Shown: positions 36,401 through 50,900 of the stretch, piece after piece
Layout: each line of letters starts with the position of its first letter
How positions within the stretch are numbered: position 1 is the stretch's first letter
The notes under the pieces: generated by a model
What the model was told of the DNA's origin: nothing
What the model saw: only the letters and a program-made list of their open reading frames with translations
The model's database searches: none
Assembly: GCA_040954595.2 (NCBI GenBank)
Contig: CM082588.2
Span: 434,001-498,000, forward strand
From: Balanoglossus misakiensis
Lineage: Eukaryota; Animalia; Hemichordata
DNA: 64,000 nt
Direction: 5' to 3'
Made by a program: the position numbers and the translations under genes

Positions 36401-38746
36401 AGAAATAAACGTCACCCCAGAAACAAAATTGATCAGGTTCAACACAGTTACACAAATTGTGGAGTTGTGTACATAAAGCATGTAACATGACCGTGAGTGT
36501 TTCAAGTTTATAGTCAATGATCATGACCTCGCGTTGACTTTAAAATAAGCAAACTCTCTCTCATACACACCCTTATTAAGTAATAATGAGAACTCGCTTT
36601 ATTGAACCCGTATCGTTTTACACCGTGGAGTTTTGATGATGTCATTGGTAGCCATAGGGAAGCAAAAACACCTCTGTATGCTTGATTTGTAATTTGGGTT
36701 GATAGACTGCATCGATGAGAGAATCTATTTAATTAACGATTCGGGCCACGATTAGTAAGGCAATACTTCAGAGTAAACTTATTGTTGATTTCAAACATAA
36801 CACAGCTGTACAATTACAGCGATCGCCTTTTACAATATGTATCCAGGCCTTATCCAGTTTCTTTCGCACTTTACACACGACGTTCAAATATGCTCGCTTA
36901 ACTGTTTTTCCCCCTGATTTTCGTAATCTATCGATTTCCTGTTGCCAGACAACGTTTTCTAGGGAAAAGTGATAGTTGTATTTAAGGCCTACATGTTTGA
37001 TCGGAAAGCGACGAAATTGAATTGTTTAAAAGTTTTTTTTATACAAATTTGAAGCTGTTATGAACTCGCATGGGGGGTCAACAAATGTTGGAAAAGCTTC
37101 GAGTGACTTCTGCATCCCTAATGAGTAGTGGTGTAGCTTTGGACCTTGCCAGTATCGCACGGGAGATCGACATATATTACCGCCCCAGGCAACTTTTAAT
37201 ATTCCCAATATTTCCAACATTCTGTCAAATCCATGCAATAATTACCTGAATAATTTCTGTGAGACGAAGACTATTACCAAATGTATATGTTACGAGGTCG
37301 TTATCTTGGCTTTGACATGTTTCATGCACAGTAAATTACACTCGCACACGTGTCCACTTCAGCAGGCCAACTTCCGTCAGATCATGCGTTTCTCGGCAAT
37401 GAACGCTGTCTGTCTGTCAAAAACACGCGAAGGGTTGACTGCTCTCATTGCAGTAACTCAAATACACATAACATTCTGCGAATCATGCACTGTTTTCTGC
37501 ATTAGTGTCAGTCCCCATTCAAATTCTACGTTTGCCTCATGAAATATTTCAGTCTTTACCAGTTTACGATATCCACTTTCCTATGATTGGGTGGTCTCTA
37601 ATTGATGTCGACTTTCAAACATTTTTGTCGCCAAAACCCCCCATTCAGAATTTTATCCATCGTGCTGTCTCTTTAACAAAAATACATTTTTCAATTTCGC
37701 CGGCACCTGTGTCAATAATCCCCCAAACAATCATATCTACAATTAATACGTTTTATTTATTTTCAGTAATATTTGGCCATCACAAGGTACTCCCTAACTT
37801 CCTCGTCTATAACTTTATATTTCTACTAAATAAAGTGCACTCGGAAATGTTTTAATGAATAAAAATAAATATTGACCAACGATTAGGTTCATTGCTCGCT
37901 GATTTCAATGTAGAAAGGAATGTATAAGTTCTGCTACAGACAGTTTTTGCACGCCAATAGGCCCAACACACAGACACGTATTAACATAATTGTGTCACGT
38001 GACTACCACCTGCTGACTCGTCTGACCACTCATCGGACGCGTTTCACCTATGTATATTACCCGGCTACGACAAACAACCCAATCTTGTGTACGATTGGAA
38101 ATTTACTGTCAATAAATGTGCCGACTTTGATTTGAACACCCACAATGGGATGGGGTGACCCATAGCGTACAGGTCATTTCTGGTATAGAATTGGGGGGAT
38201 TGACCTATTTCAGACAAGTAGGAGAAGGGGTCAATGCAAATCTGTGAATCAGAGCAACGTAGACATGTAACACCTGTGTAGAAGGAAATCTGATTGGTCA
38301 AGCACATGACTTGCTCTACTTTGTTGTATTTGCTATTGGCCAGCAAGAAGGCATTCAATGTATACATGCAAATGATTGGTCGAAAGCAATAGTTTGCGCA
38401 TGCATATTCAGTTAGGTTCATGTCACGTGGATGACCTGCCACGCTATTTACGTGTTGACCACTGGTCAGGATGGATCTTGTCAACTTCTCTGATATTTCT
38501 GATACGATAGTGACATTGAACGGTTTGTGTTGTTACAGTTTGACCGTGTCCGTGGTAATACGCGACTCCCATGGACACAAGACGAAGCCAAGACAGACGA
38601 GGCGATGGTGGGAGAATTGAATCTGACCAAAGCACAAGAACGTGAGCGGTTCAACCGACCCAGAAGACGTCATCAACGCTTCTCATTGGGACATGAAGGT
38701 ACGTGATTGCTGTGTTATTTAATGTGTGTGAGTGATTTGAGTTTCT

Positions 38747-38907
38747 CGACTGCCGTCTTGTTTTCATGCAAATTAGTAAACAACCATACTTTTATTCTTT
38801 ATTAAATAATTTTTTGATATGATAATATCCTCATTTCATAATAATGCCGTAAATACTTATTTAAATATGGTTGTTTACTATTTTGCATAGAAGCAATGGG
38901 GCAGTCG
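38747..38907. mobile_element. MITE-like imperfect inverted repeat (arms about 42 bp, AT-rich spacer)
   Basis: CGACTGCC..ATGCAAATTAGTAAACAACCATA pairs with TATGGTTGTTTACTATTTTGCAT..GGCAGTCG; the 23-bp core has one mismatch. Confidence 0.5.
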
Positions 38908-41900
38908 TGTTTTTATTGGATAAATGGATGGCAAGAGCAATGGGTCACATGACCTGGAGTGGTATAGTCAAACTATTTCTGCATTTGCAAGGGATAGGGC
39001 TAGCTTGACGAGACTTTAAAATAAACCACGTGATTCAAATCGTACTTCAAAATAATATCCATGTAAACCAAATGGTTTGCTCCCGTCTATATGTGACATA
39101 TCCCTGAAACATGTCAACATATGGAGGCATCGGAACCAGGAGAAACAAGCGTGGCCTCGTCAACTAGTTTGACACTCAAAACCCCACCACAAATTATCTG
39201 TCTAGGGTTTGATATTCCTCTTACGGCCCATCGCTAACTCTAAACAATATGGCTTAGTTTCGTGGTTTTTAAATGACTTTAAACAATTTCAAGTGAGCGT
39301 GTGCATTTTTACCGCATGCCTCGAGATCATAGGCTGCCGTTGGGGTTAATGACACGTGTACAGCGGCCAATGAATACGGTGAGGGTCTGAATTATTACCG
39401 AACGCGGCGCCTAGTAACATCAATCTTGGTGACCACACAGCTGTCGCCACCGACTGTACCCTAAAAATTAAAACTCGTTTGCCAACTTTTCATCAGTCGT
39501 ACAAGCACATAGATAGCGGCGGAGAAGATCGCCACGTTCCGTCGATGCGCCTGTCCAGGACTTAACAAAATAGCAGTTGCATGAAAAATGGCGATGAGCA
39601 ACACGCGAGATTCAGGTCATCGTCGGTTTAATTAATCATATGGGCGTCAAGAATAGACAACTGTCATGGATATGTGTTAAATTATATCCTTAATGCGTTT
39701 TACGTACCTTGGAATAGTGTTTGCGGGGTAGGGAGCGTTTCAAGCCGCTTAGAATGGACTTTACCTTAGAGCGATATGCATTTCTGGGTGTCTTTTGGAG
39801 AACACTGATTCGCGCCTTTCAAAGGATAATTTTTCTCGGTAAACGCCCCTGGAAATTTAAAAATGTTGTATTTAATGTGCGTGTATTTGGAACGGCATTT
39901 TTTGTTATTTTGTCTGGATTCATTGCTGATAGATACAGATAGTCAAAGGTTTGAATGAAAAAATGTCGTTTTCATCGCCTCTTTTTTCAATTTTACGCTC
40001 AGCATGCGATTGGTTCTTTTCCGACTGACTTTTCCTATTCAAGTGGTGAAATTACACCGTGGCTCTATAAAATGTAGTTATACAAACCGGTAAATATAAT
40101 ACTGCAGAACTACCACTACATCGAACCAATCAGAGGGCCCGATTACCGAACCCTGCAAGGCATGATTGATGTCATGACAACAAAGGGGTGCATTGTGGGA
40201 CTGACAGGCGATAAATGAGAGAATGAGAAAATCGTAGCAAGAGGGACGTCTTAGATTGTTGGGTGTTCGTGGGTATATATTTGGCAGTTATTGTGATGAA
40301 ATTGGTTTCATAGAAAATGCCGGCTTTAGCACGTCATTAATTGAAAACTATGGTATCGTATTTTAGCACTGGTTGGTTACAAGTGATAATTAACATTACA
40401 CTGGTGGTACCAAGACCACACCATAATGACAAACTTGTTGTATTCCCATTCCTGCTAGACATAATAATGTTAACATATGAAAGCAACCCCTCCCCGTCTC
40501 TGATAGATTGTATCGTAAAAAATAAACCTCCCTTCCCCGACAGAATTTATCGCAAAAATGCAGATATATGTCTACAGTCAGCGTACCGCCAGCCTGTTCA
40601 ACAGTGTTAGGTTTGAGAAGGCGATCAAAATTGTATCATATGATTTTAAATGAAACCAAATGCAAAGAACGACTGTTAGAAACAAGCGCCTGTCTGACAC
40701 TCGTCGGGTAAATCCCATCACGCCACAGATGTACTCGAAGGATGTCACACTAGATGGTTTATGACATAAACCAAGAGAGTGACAGATTTTGGCAGAATTG
40801 TCAATAAATTAAAAATGCCCCACCGCATGATCATACTCGTCGCAGTCGTAAATTATTCCCCAATTAAAAAAAAGTCTAACTGATGTTGTCTAATGCGATG
40901 ATGGTTTAAGACTCATTCGGTCAGCCAGGGTTCATCTCATGCATAAGCCGTATTATGGATAGTCTTGTGAAAAGCTGATAATAGTCAACTCTGGTGTAAG
41001 AGATATCTTCATTTGGACAAAAGAGACCAGGCATTTCTTGATCCTACGTGCCATGGGAGGGGATGATAAAAGTATGCCGTTGGCTGAAAACATCTTGTTT
41101 TACCTCACATAGAGCATAGGGTTTAGGCTGAAAAGCTTGTTTCTAAAAGAAGGGGAATTGGTATAATACCAGACATCCAAAACAATCAATGAATTTCTTG
41201 AACTGTACAAATCTTTGTAAAGTGTTGTCACAATCTCGTGGTTTTAATTTTATACCGAATTCAAAGGTCAGATTAGAATCACGCTTTCCATATATTTTAC
41301 AATCCGAAAGAAATTAAACTTGTTTGCAGAACACAACATGTTGCCTTTGTGTGATATGCCGCTACGCCTTGCAGCTATCGTCGCCAACGCCCTGCGCAGT
41401 TGTAGTCGCCCGCAGTTTCCCGACGCCGTCGCTCAGTGATTTACAATCGTCATTCGTAATCGCTCATCGCTGTCGCCATAGCTTTTGCCTGTGGTCGAAT
41501 CCACTCAAAGTCCGCTGTTGGTTTCAAACCATTAGAAGAAGTTCTATGCGGAGAAAAGGGCCTCGCAGTCCAATTTCATTCATATTTTTGTTATATCGAT
41601 ACATCATTGAATATGCATGACCAGGGTACAAATTTCTTCAAAGCACAGAGCCGTAATTGTCGACGTTCACAAAATTATGACGGAGAAAATCTAGGAGGTC
41701 TTTGTTATTCAATGGCGCACAATTATCTCAAAACAAAGAAAATATAAATGTTACGGAAGCTTATCGATGTCTTATTATAAACTAATCAGACCGAATACAA
41801 AATGATGGATGACAGTGTGCCCAAAAACAAACCAGAGTTGGTGAGCGGTGTCATTATTTTATGGACGCGCATCCACTAAAATCGTTTTGAACTTGCCATG

Positions 41901-44900
41901 GCAACATGTAATGTTTTTAGCGAGCAGTCATTTCCACGATTATATTCACCAACGAAGTAACACTGTGGTAATAAGCGGTCAAGTATGATTGTGTTTATCG
42001 ACAAGTGTTCCTTTCCTGTGTCTGTATAAATTTACGAACGGCACAAACTAGAACTATTTCGTGATTTTAAGAGTCCCGGAATTAATATTGCACAAATCAA
42101 TTGAAATCTATGAAACTGCATTGACATTTTCCAAATTTCTTATTTTTCAGTAAAAAATATTATATAAAAATAACCGCGTAGAACAGGGAAATGTAAACTA
42201 TTTTCAGACTATTTTCAGACTATTTTCGAGATCTTATATCACAAAGTATTTCCAATCGTGTTTTCGCAAAAATGATAAGAAAGGGCACCATCTTCAGGAA
42301 AAAATATCCATGCGCACTTCGACTATGGTTCCTCTATTAAGAAACCGCCCGAGGCCGTTGATAGGCTATGTATTTGACTGTGATATTATAGAAGATTTCT
42401 ACGCAATTACCAACGACCGGCCCGTTTGATGTCATCATTGTTGGAAGCAATTTGATATTTAAATTGAAGTATTGGATGGAACGGACGGAAAAAAGAAAAC
42501 ACCACTTTCGCGTGATTTTTTATCTTTCCGCGAAAATATTTAAATCGACTTTGAAAATCGTTAGCGGGAAAGAATGGGTTTTGTGCCCTTTGTCGCCAAT
42601 TATGTGCAGTTAAATCGAAATGAATGTCAAATTTCGATGTTGAACAAGGCTTTCATATTGAGCAAGGGTTAGCTTTTGGTGAAAGGGGACTGGGAAATGA
42701 AAAATAAGTTTGTTGATATGTCACTTATATTATTCGACGTCGTTTTTAGACGTGACGCGTGATAGCAAGAGAGAAGAACTCGAGCCAAAAGGCGAAATGT
42801 CAGGATACACGTTTGCCTGTAGTCGCAAGTGTCATTTGAAGGGTGAAAAAAGCTGCCAATTATGGGTCTATGTATTTTGAATGATAGTAAGAGGTCTCTA
42901 AATGACAGCGAAGGTGAGGCGATCAAACACGACAGCCGAAAATGAAATCGTTTTGTTGTTGGTCTCCAAATGAAAACGCAAGAGCCATGGTATTCACTTC
43001 ATTGAGACTCGACACGCGTGCTTTGAATTCAAATTTGGTTTCAGCCCCAAAGAAGCTTTAGCCGTCCTTTCTCTTACACCCGATTATGGTCTCAACACAA
43101 AGGGCTGCGTTGCCAGTGGCAACCATTCGACGCATTATATGGTGCTTTTAAACTTGAACAATAAGCCGAGACGCGTGGACGCATATGGCAGGCAACAATG
43201 TCACTGTAGTGTTGAACAACACAACCATTTCATCAACAAAGATGCATAGAATAAATTCAAAGTGATTCTTGGAGTAGCCAAAGTTCAAATATAGGGTAAG
43301 TTTCTTCAATTCAGCACACATTAAAAGCGAACCATGCATGATTATTCAAGATTGGAATACTCAGCTCCCCTCAGACTACCCCCACCCCTGCCTACAAGAC
43401 ATGATGCACTTCAGTTTGAAACACAATCTACTTCATTTTGTTATCGCGTTTTCTACACAAACCTATCAGTCCATCTATGAAATCCGCGAAATTGTGCAAA
43501 ACTTTCCTCCTCAAATCTTGTTAAATACTATATTACATAACAAAACAAGTCGCGGTGAAATTGCCGCCGTGTGTATTTCAGATAGTCGAGACCATAGCGG
43601 CATGGAGTTGGCTATGTCCACAATGAAACACGCAGATCTCCACTAAGCAGCCGTTTTGGTTGTATTCCAGTTTCCATAGTTACCGCAGCCTCTGATAAAG
43701 TATCTTGACTGAGACGGAGTGTTGATCTTAGTCATAATTGTCTTTCAAGTACGCATTGATAGCGATAAGAGACAAAGAACAACTAAAGTTATGTGTGCCA
43801 CAACTGTTATAGTAAGTCCACTCCTAAAGATCGGTTCAACAAAGACACAACATACATTCAGAAACGATCATAGATTATTATCTCCGGCGAATTTTTTACC
43901 GATATTAGAATATCCACAAATTTCTTTTATTCGCGAAAATAATACACTTTTGGGTTGCTGGTCATTAGGAGAATCTGTAGCATTTGGGTGGCAGTCTGGC
44001 TGAATTGCTGAAATACAAACACAGAGAACTTTATAAAATCCACAGCAAAGAACGTTGTAAATCACTCACTTTTCCACGGAGCCATTTACACGAGAAGTGG
44101 TCCATCTCAGCAGAATTGTACGTAGACCAGCAACAATGTCAAATAACAAACCTCTGGGTGCGTTTCTGGGGCAATGTTTATGCCAGAAAAATCGCTTTAT
44201 AAAGTATATTTTAAATAAAAAAATTGTGAATAATATTTGTCCCGAAAAGATTACGTAAATGTTATCGAGGCGTCCAGGATCAGTAGAAAAGATTCTTTAA
44301 CTTGATGAGTTTTGAGTAAGACAATGTGTAAAATTATTTTATCTTCGATAGATTATTATTATTAATCAATTGATATACGAATGTGTAATATTTCATCTGT
44401 ACTACAATAAATAGATAAATTGACCCATGAAAAACAAAGGCGAATTGATCAATAAAAACTGTAACGAATTATCAAATCGAACTATTATTAAAATCGATCT
44501 TGTGATAAAAAGTAGACTAACTAACGCGACCACGAAGAAAACGAAAACTTCTGTTCAGGAATAAAGTGTACCAGAATGCACGAATTCATTTATTGGTTGC
44601 AGCCAGAAAAGGGCATTATTTAGAGATGTTTACAGGCGATAGGTTTTGTGGTTATTTGTGACAAATACGGCATGAAATCACATTGCTTCTCGCTTGACCT
44701 ACAGACATTGCTATTGTTCTGATGAACTGAGGCTGTAGCCGCCTCGTCTATAACCATCGTCGCTTTACAACTTTGTAATTCACACATTACTATTCCCAGT
44801 AATCCTATATTTTCTTGACTAGAACTTTGCGAAATGTCCGCCGTGTTTTTTTATAATTAGCTGTAAAATAAAATAGCTTTTCATGGCACAAACACTTTAA

Positions 44901-47900
44901 ACTATATCAACGCACATGCGGTTTCTGGAATCGTTTTAATTTATCCGAATGGAAATTTCGTCACGGCTGGTAACCTGTAAATCTCGTATCGGACTGAATA
45001 TTTTTTCAGGTTCAGATTGTGAATAGAATGTGTAAATACAGAGAAAGTGGGGCTTCGTGCCTACGCTATCTATTGTATATCGAGGCCTATCTCCCGACAC
45101 ATCTGTCAAAAATCGCAGCACCGCTCACCACGCATAAACAACACTCCGCAATGCTTAAATTCAAGTAAAACTCTGAAAGTTTGCTTTACGTTTGAAAACT
45201 GCGACCGCGTTATATTGAACATGGGCGACTACGGGCGTAATCTCTTTGTTAAAATAAAATTCGGAACCGTGTATTATACAGGCCATAACATAATAACTTT
45301 ATTTGATAAGTAGCTGATCCAATATCGTTTCATCCCCGAAACGTGGAACGCCAGATCCAATTGAAAAGAACTTGAACGCGAATAATCGGATGTTGTCACC
45401 TTGACTTCAATTTTTCAATGGATGTAGTGTTGATTGCTCGAAGACACGAAATAGGGAACAAGGTCTTTTAAGACCAGGCATATTTGACTCTCCTTTCGGC
45501 GAGCCACTTACAATAGGATCAATATACAAACTAGAGGCCGGTTTTCCCATTAAGAGATTAAGACTTAGTTCCATATGTCAAGTGGACCCAGAAAAAAGTT
45601 AAGAACCAAACAGTCGTCATGTCTGATGATTTTTGTTGTCACTGAGAGGAAAGTCAACTAGCACCCTCTGTTCATTTTCTGTGGAACTTTGGGAAATCAT
45701 ATTTCAAACTAAGGTCATGTTTCAAAACCATGAGTTAGCGTTATCCTATGTAATTACTAACGACCAATGCTGATATCAACTTTACATCAATCTTGTGCCG
45801 GCGAACGTCAAAACCACTCGTCGTTACGGATTGCTTAGATCTGCAGTTCAGTTTGTCTTCTAAAATCACACAATAATTGGTCACATGATAAAGAACTGAT
45901 CCGGGTCTGTAGCGTATATTCTCTTCTTTGACACGAAAGAAATTTGAGATTTAGACCTATACATAAACTCTAGGTTGGTGGTTTAAACATAGTTTTGGTG
46001 GAAGGGAAACATATTTGTTCTGAAACGCCAATTTTCGGAAATGTTCTAAAAATCAATAAAGAAAGCACAACAACAACGGTCATTTCCATTGAAGCACACG
46101 CATGCATTCAGCACGTGCACCCCCCCCCCCCCAGAAAGTAAGAAGATAGTAGCGGGATATCGAATCATTTGAAAAACGTTGTGATAAAAAATGTTACAAT
46201 GCATAAGTGGAAATTTTAGAATAGATTTGTGAATGGGGTACAGCTCCGTGTGATTAATCACAGCCAGCGAGTTATTCACAAACTCTCGATTCGATAAAGA
46301 GCCTTTGTTTCCCCCGCAAAGTCAAAGCGGACAGCAAATACAAGATTATATGCAAGGTCTTCTCAGCACAAAGAGATTTCGTTTTAATTCAAAATTGAAT
46401 TAGAGGATTAGGCCCGCGCGCCAAAAATTACACCTACACTTACATTAGCCCCATTCGGCTTCTGCTGATTGTGTCGAGATCTGTAATCTATATTTGGATG
46501 ATAATACGCCCAGAAACCTGTAACCCGACTGCAAAAACTTATTTTAATACGTTTAAAGTCAATATATCGCCATTTTCCAAAGTTATCGTAAAATTTCATA
46601 ATTTTTTGAATTGTAAAATTTTAAGAGACCTTGTATTGAAATAATACCTTCTGTCCACTTGACTTGTAACTGTCGATGTACGCGACACGTTTTATGATGA
46701 GTTTTGGCTGAAAATGTGGGCTGTAATAGGATTAAACGTGAAGCAGACGACCTAATAAAGGTCATGGTGAAATGAAGTAAAGGGACATAATTTTCGCAAT
46801 TTGCAGTTTGCAGTCTGTGTCAAGTAGGAGCAAAATAGAACCGACAGTTCACTACAGAAAAAAGGCAGATATCTCAAGAGGACAAAAAACGTAAACATTA
46901 ATTTGTTTCATGCAGACATGACAGAACGATGTGTGCAGTCTATTCTACTTCTTCGTGAGTTCAAATTTTAAACGAAAAGACGCCTACGCATAGAGAGTGT
47001 ATCGCTAACAATGTCAACAATATCTAAGAGATTTCCTTCCTTTTTTGCCAAAACTCTAAAATGTCGTCTTGGAAGGAACATGAGAATGCAGATCAAAATT
47101 GAAGGGAAGGAAATGTCAATGCCCATTTTATATAATTCTAACAATTGTGACTGAGAGGTGTAATTTGTCTTGGAATAGCATTATTTTTGTTTGTCAAACA
47201 GTAAAACGATTTAAATAATCAATTCTGTTTGCTTTAATCAGTCAAATTTGAATCAATCCATAAAACCGTCGCGATGTGTAGATGATATGTGATAAATATT
47301 TGCTTTGAGTAAAATGTTTCGCGGCAACGTATCTCAAATCTCGTGGTGCACTGCAAGTCGATGAATTAAAGTTGATATGGTGACGGTTCCGTAATACTGA
47401 GAACGTACAAAAAATTATATGGTGTATTTTGAGGGGGTTCGGTCACTCTGTTAACAATATAACTGTAAAATTGCCCGATAGTTCATCACATGGCTAGAAA
47501 TCGTCTGGCTACCGAGATTTTCTTGGTTAGTTAAAACGCACTATTTCGTGCAAAAACAGATACACTCGCTTGACGAATGCTAAAGAAAAGTATATCAAAG
47601 AAATGTTCAATTTCAAAGCATTATAATTTTCCACTTCTTCGATGAAAGAAATGTCATTCAAATTAATGTTGAGCTTTTTTAAAATTTAGTTACCGGAAAA
47701 CTTTTAACATTTCTCCTCAAATATTACGTACTTCCATTTTTTACGTTTTTGATTTAAAAAAGATTACAAATTTGGGTTAGGTGACATTTTGAAAGCAAAA
47801 GTAGCCGCTGTCCCCCCATCATCTATTTGGCAAATTGCCAACTGTCCACCCACCCCACCCCACCCACACATACCAACTCCTTGCGCGTGTGAGCGCTCCA

Positions 47901-50900
47901 ATACGGTCTGGCTATTCTTTGTTTCAGTTCATGCATGCCTGCAATGCGATTCTGGGAAACCGCTACTCGTTTCGTGGCAACATGGCCACATTTTAGACAT
48001 ATTTCACTGACATGGTCACTATATCTCGTTTAGTTGTTCCACATATAAGACATATTGATATTAAGTCAGATTGGCGTGGAAACACTCCGGGTTCAAGTTC
48101 ACCCACTATATTTAAATTATAACTTCCAATTTCTAATTTTGTCGCAACGCTTTCATCCCCCGACCGCCATTCTCTCCGTTTGCTTAAACTGAATGGCACT
48201 CAAGACTTATTACACGTGGGCATCTAGTACATTGTTCCTAATTAATTTACGAAATCGAATTTAGTAAATAATTTACGAATTTTCTAAAAGACCTCACTTC
48301 TTTCAAATAGGGGAGGCTGAACTGAGAAACCGTTTTAGAGTCGGTTGAGATTTCGATTCAAATGTTTTAGTGAAACCGACAAAAATGTTTTTTTACTTGT
48401 GCGAATTACACTTTTTCTCGCTCAAACTCTCATTGGTAAAACAGTGGTGAAACTGACCACAGTATTCTGAATTATAGCTGCTCGGGAAATAAACGACTTA
48501 AAAAACAGAACCGTGAGCACGAACAAGATACATGATAGACTGCGGTAACTGTTTCATAATTTGTGTATTTTTGTGACATTTGGTGACCTTCGCTTCTTAT
48601 TCTCTGTCGTCAAAAGAGCTATGTGTTCCAGTGGCGCCAATAGAAGACAGACAAATACAAACTCGTTTTTTCCAACTTGAAAAATAGTGATATATATATA
48701 CAGACGTTCTGATTACATATCGAATGGTATCTCTTTCAATATCCGATGATGAGAATCATTGTGGAGTGAATTTAAACACGGCAAAAATTCTGACCAAATT
48801 ATCGAAAATCAAAAAGCAACCAGAGAATCCATTGGCAACAATATTTCTGTCGGGAAGGAAACATTTCGCAGGATCAATAATGGTCAATTAGCAAGAGATT
48901 CAGAGTCATCTTCAAGAATTTTTTGAAATAAAAGTGTGACATCGTTGGCGAACTTCATTTTCTGCCGGTTAATGAAAAGCGTACCACGCAGTTGCATTCT
49001 TTACATCTTTACTTCAAAGACTCGTGGTTCTTGCAAGCACGGAGATAATTATGAAATTTTTATTTCAAAGAGTCGTGGACCTTGTGAGCATGGCAGATAA
49101 TTATGGCATTTAAACGACGGGAAATGGCACGCTACAACCCCGATGAATTGCTGATCGTAGTGGGAACACCTTCACTGTATAGAAATGTTCAAAATTAATT
49201 TATCGGTCAGTGGTCTGTCGTTCGTTAGTTGTTTGTTCGGGGTTTCTTTCACTTAACTCTCACGCAACGAGCGTAGAATCTTCGATGTGTAAATTGTATT
49301 TTTTGGTTGTTCCAATGTCATTGTTTTGCTTTTGTCTCTGTACCTGGAAATTGTCGTCCGACGATGGTTTTTTTGCCACCAGATGCGATTTGCGTGCCGA
49401 GAGTTGGTCAGGCTACTCTTACTTCACGGAAAGACGCATAGAATGCCGCCTTACACATTTCTGTTTGATCTCGGAAAAAAATCATTGTGCGAAAAGCCTA
49501 AATTTCATCAACTCCATGACAGCTACGACGATTTTCGAATAATTGCAGGAAAAAGACGAACAGAGAAAAATCCCCATCCATTGAAATACTTTTAGTGTGT
49601 GTAAAAGTGACACTATAATAGCTGGATTGTATATATGTCGATTCATATCCGCAGTTCAGAACGGGCACAAATAATTTCCGATGATTTTCATGGCACCCAT
49701 TTCGTTCAAGCTGTTCCATAAAATTGCAAATTTAATCAAAGTTGACACCTTTATGCAGAAAATCTTTATTGTGTTTTGTGAGTTTGGTGCCAATAAAGAC
49801 TCGACGGGGTATCTCGGTGTAATACCACGTCGATTCGTATTCTCTCAATTCGCCAAACGAGATTGTAATTTGCCGTAACATGCATAGTTAATGTCGGTGT
49901 AGAAATATGGATGGACGACTCAACAGAGACACCAAACTTAACGATTTCCTTGATCTGTCGTCTAAATGTCATTTGACAATCACAAAAAGCAACTTATTCG
50001 CAGTTAATTTGTTGATGGATGTTCACATTTCTCCGGGTTCCAACAAAAAACACGAATCTCGCGCAACAATATGAGCAATTGTCGGTCATTCTACAGTAAC
50101 ACGATCGTTGTGATAAGTCGCCATTTTACTGTATAGATCCCAAAGAAGAGAGTAAGCTTTTATCTCAAAATATCTTTATTTAGGTATTGTTGGTTTTGAT
50201 ATAAATGGGACTATCACAGCACTCCCTCCGCCTCGTTTCGATAATCTATCAGTCAATCGGAACAATTTCAATCTCAATCAGACGTTCTTTTCTCCCTATT
50301 TACTTTCACTGTACACAATGGTTACATTTGCCGCCAAAAGTGCTGCAAAGTTGACTGCACAGTTCACAGTAAATACTCAAATCAATTGTGACGGGAAACT
50401 GCCACATACCGTCCACGTTTCGAGACAGGGCTACGCCATTTACGCTTGGAAAATGATTTCTTCAGTATTCAATCATTTATTAGAATCGAAAGAAAGTCAC
50501 CTCATGCAAGGTCATATTCCAGAATTATCGTGAATACTGGTTCCCTTTGCAGCGAACATACACTGAAACTACCATATAGATAAGAGTCCGTTGCCAACTT
50601 GATATTATAGGTTTTAAATATTTTATTTATTTTTCAAGAAACCACATGTGCCCATGAAATGAACCTTGAAGTGCTATTCAAAGAACAAAAAGCAGAAATG
50701 GAGAAGAGAATATTAAAGCTGGCAAAAAGATGATGACAAAATACCAATCGCGGTCACCCCCAAAATATCAGTAGAATCGGTGGATATTTTACTTGAAGAA
50801 CCCAAACGGGAATTCATAACCTGTGCGACTTGTCTCCACAGACCGTCTTTTGTCTCTTGTGTTAAACGAGGTTCACTATGGTAATGACCGAGTGAAATCT

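Noticed and set aside
38065-38484. 139-aa minus-strand ORF, and similar 100-140 aa ORFs at 20151, 57282, 59406 and 63407
   Set aside because: No recognisable domain, mostly non-ATG starts, and composition typical of random non-coding frames.
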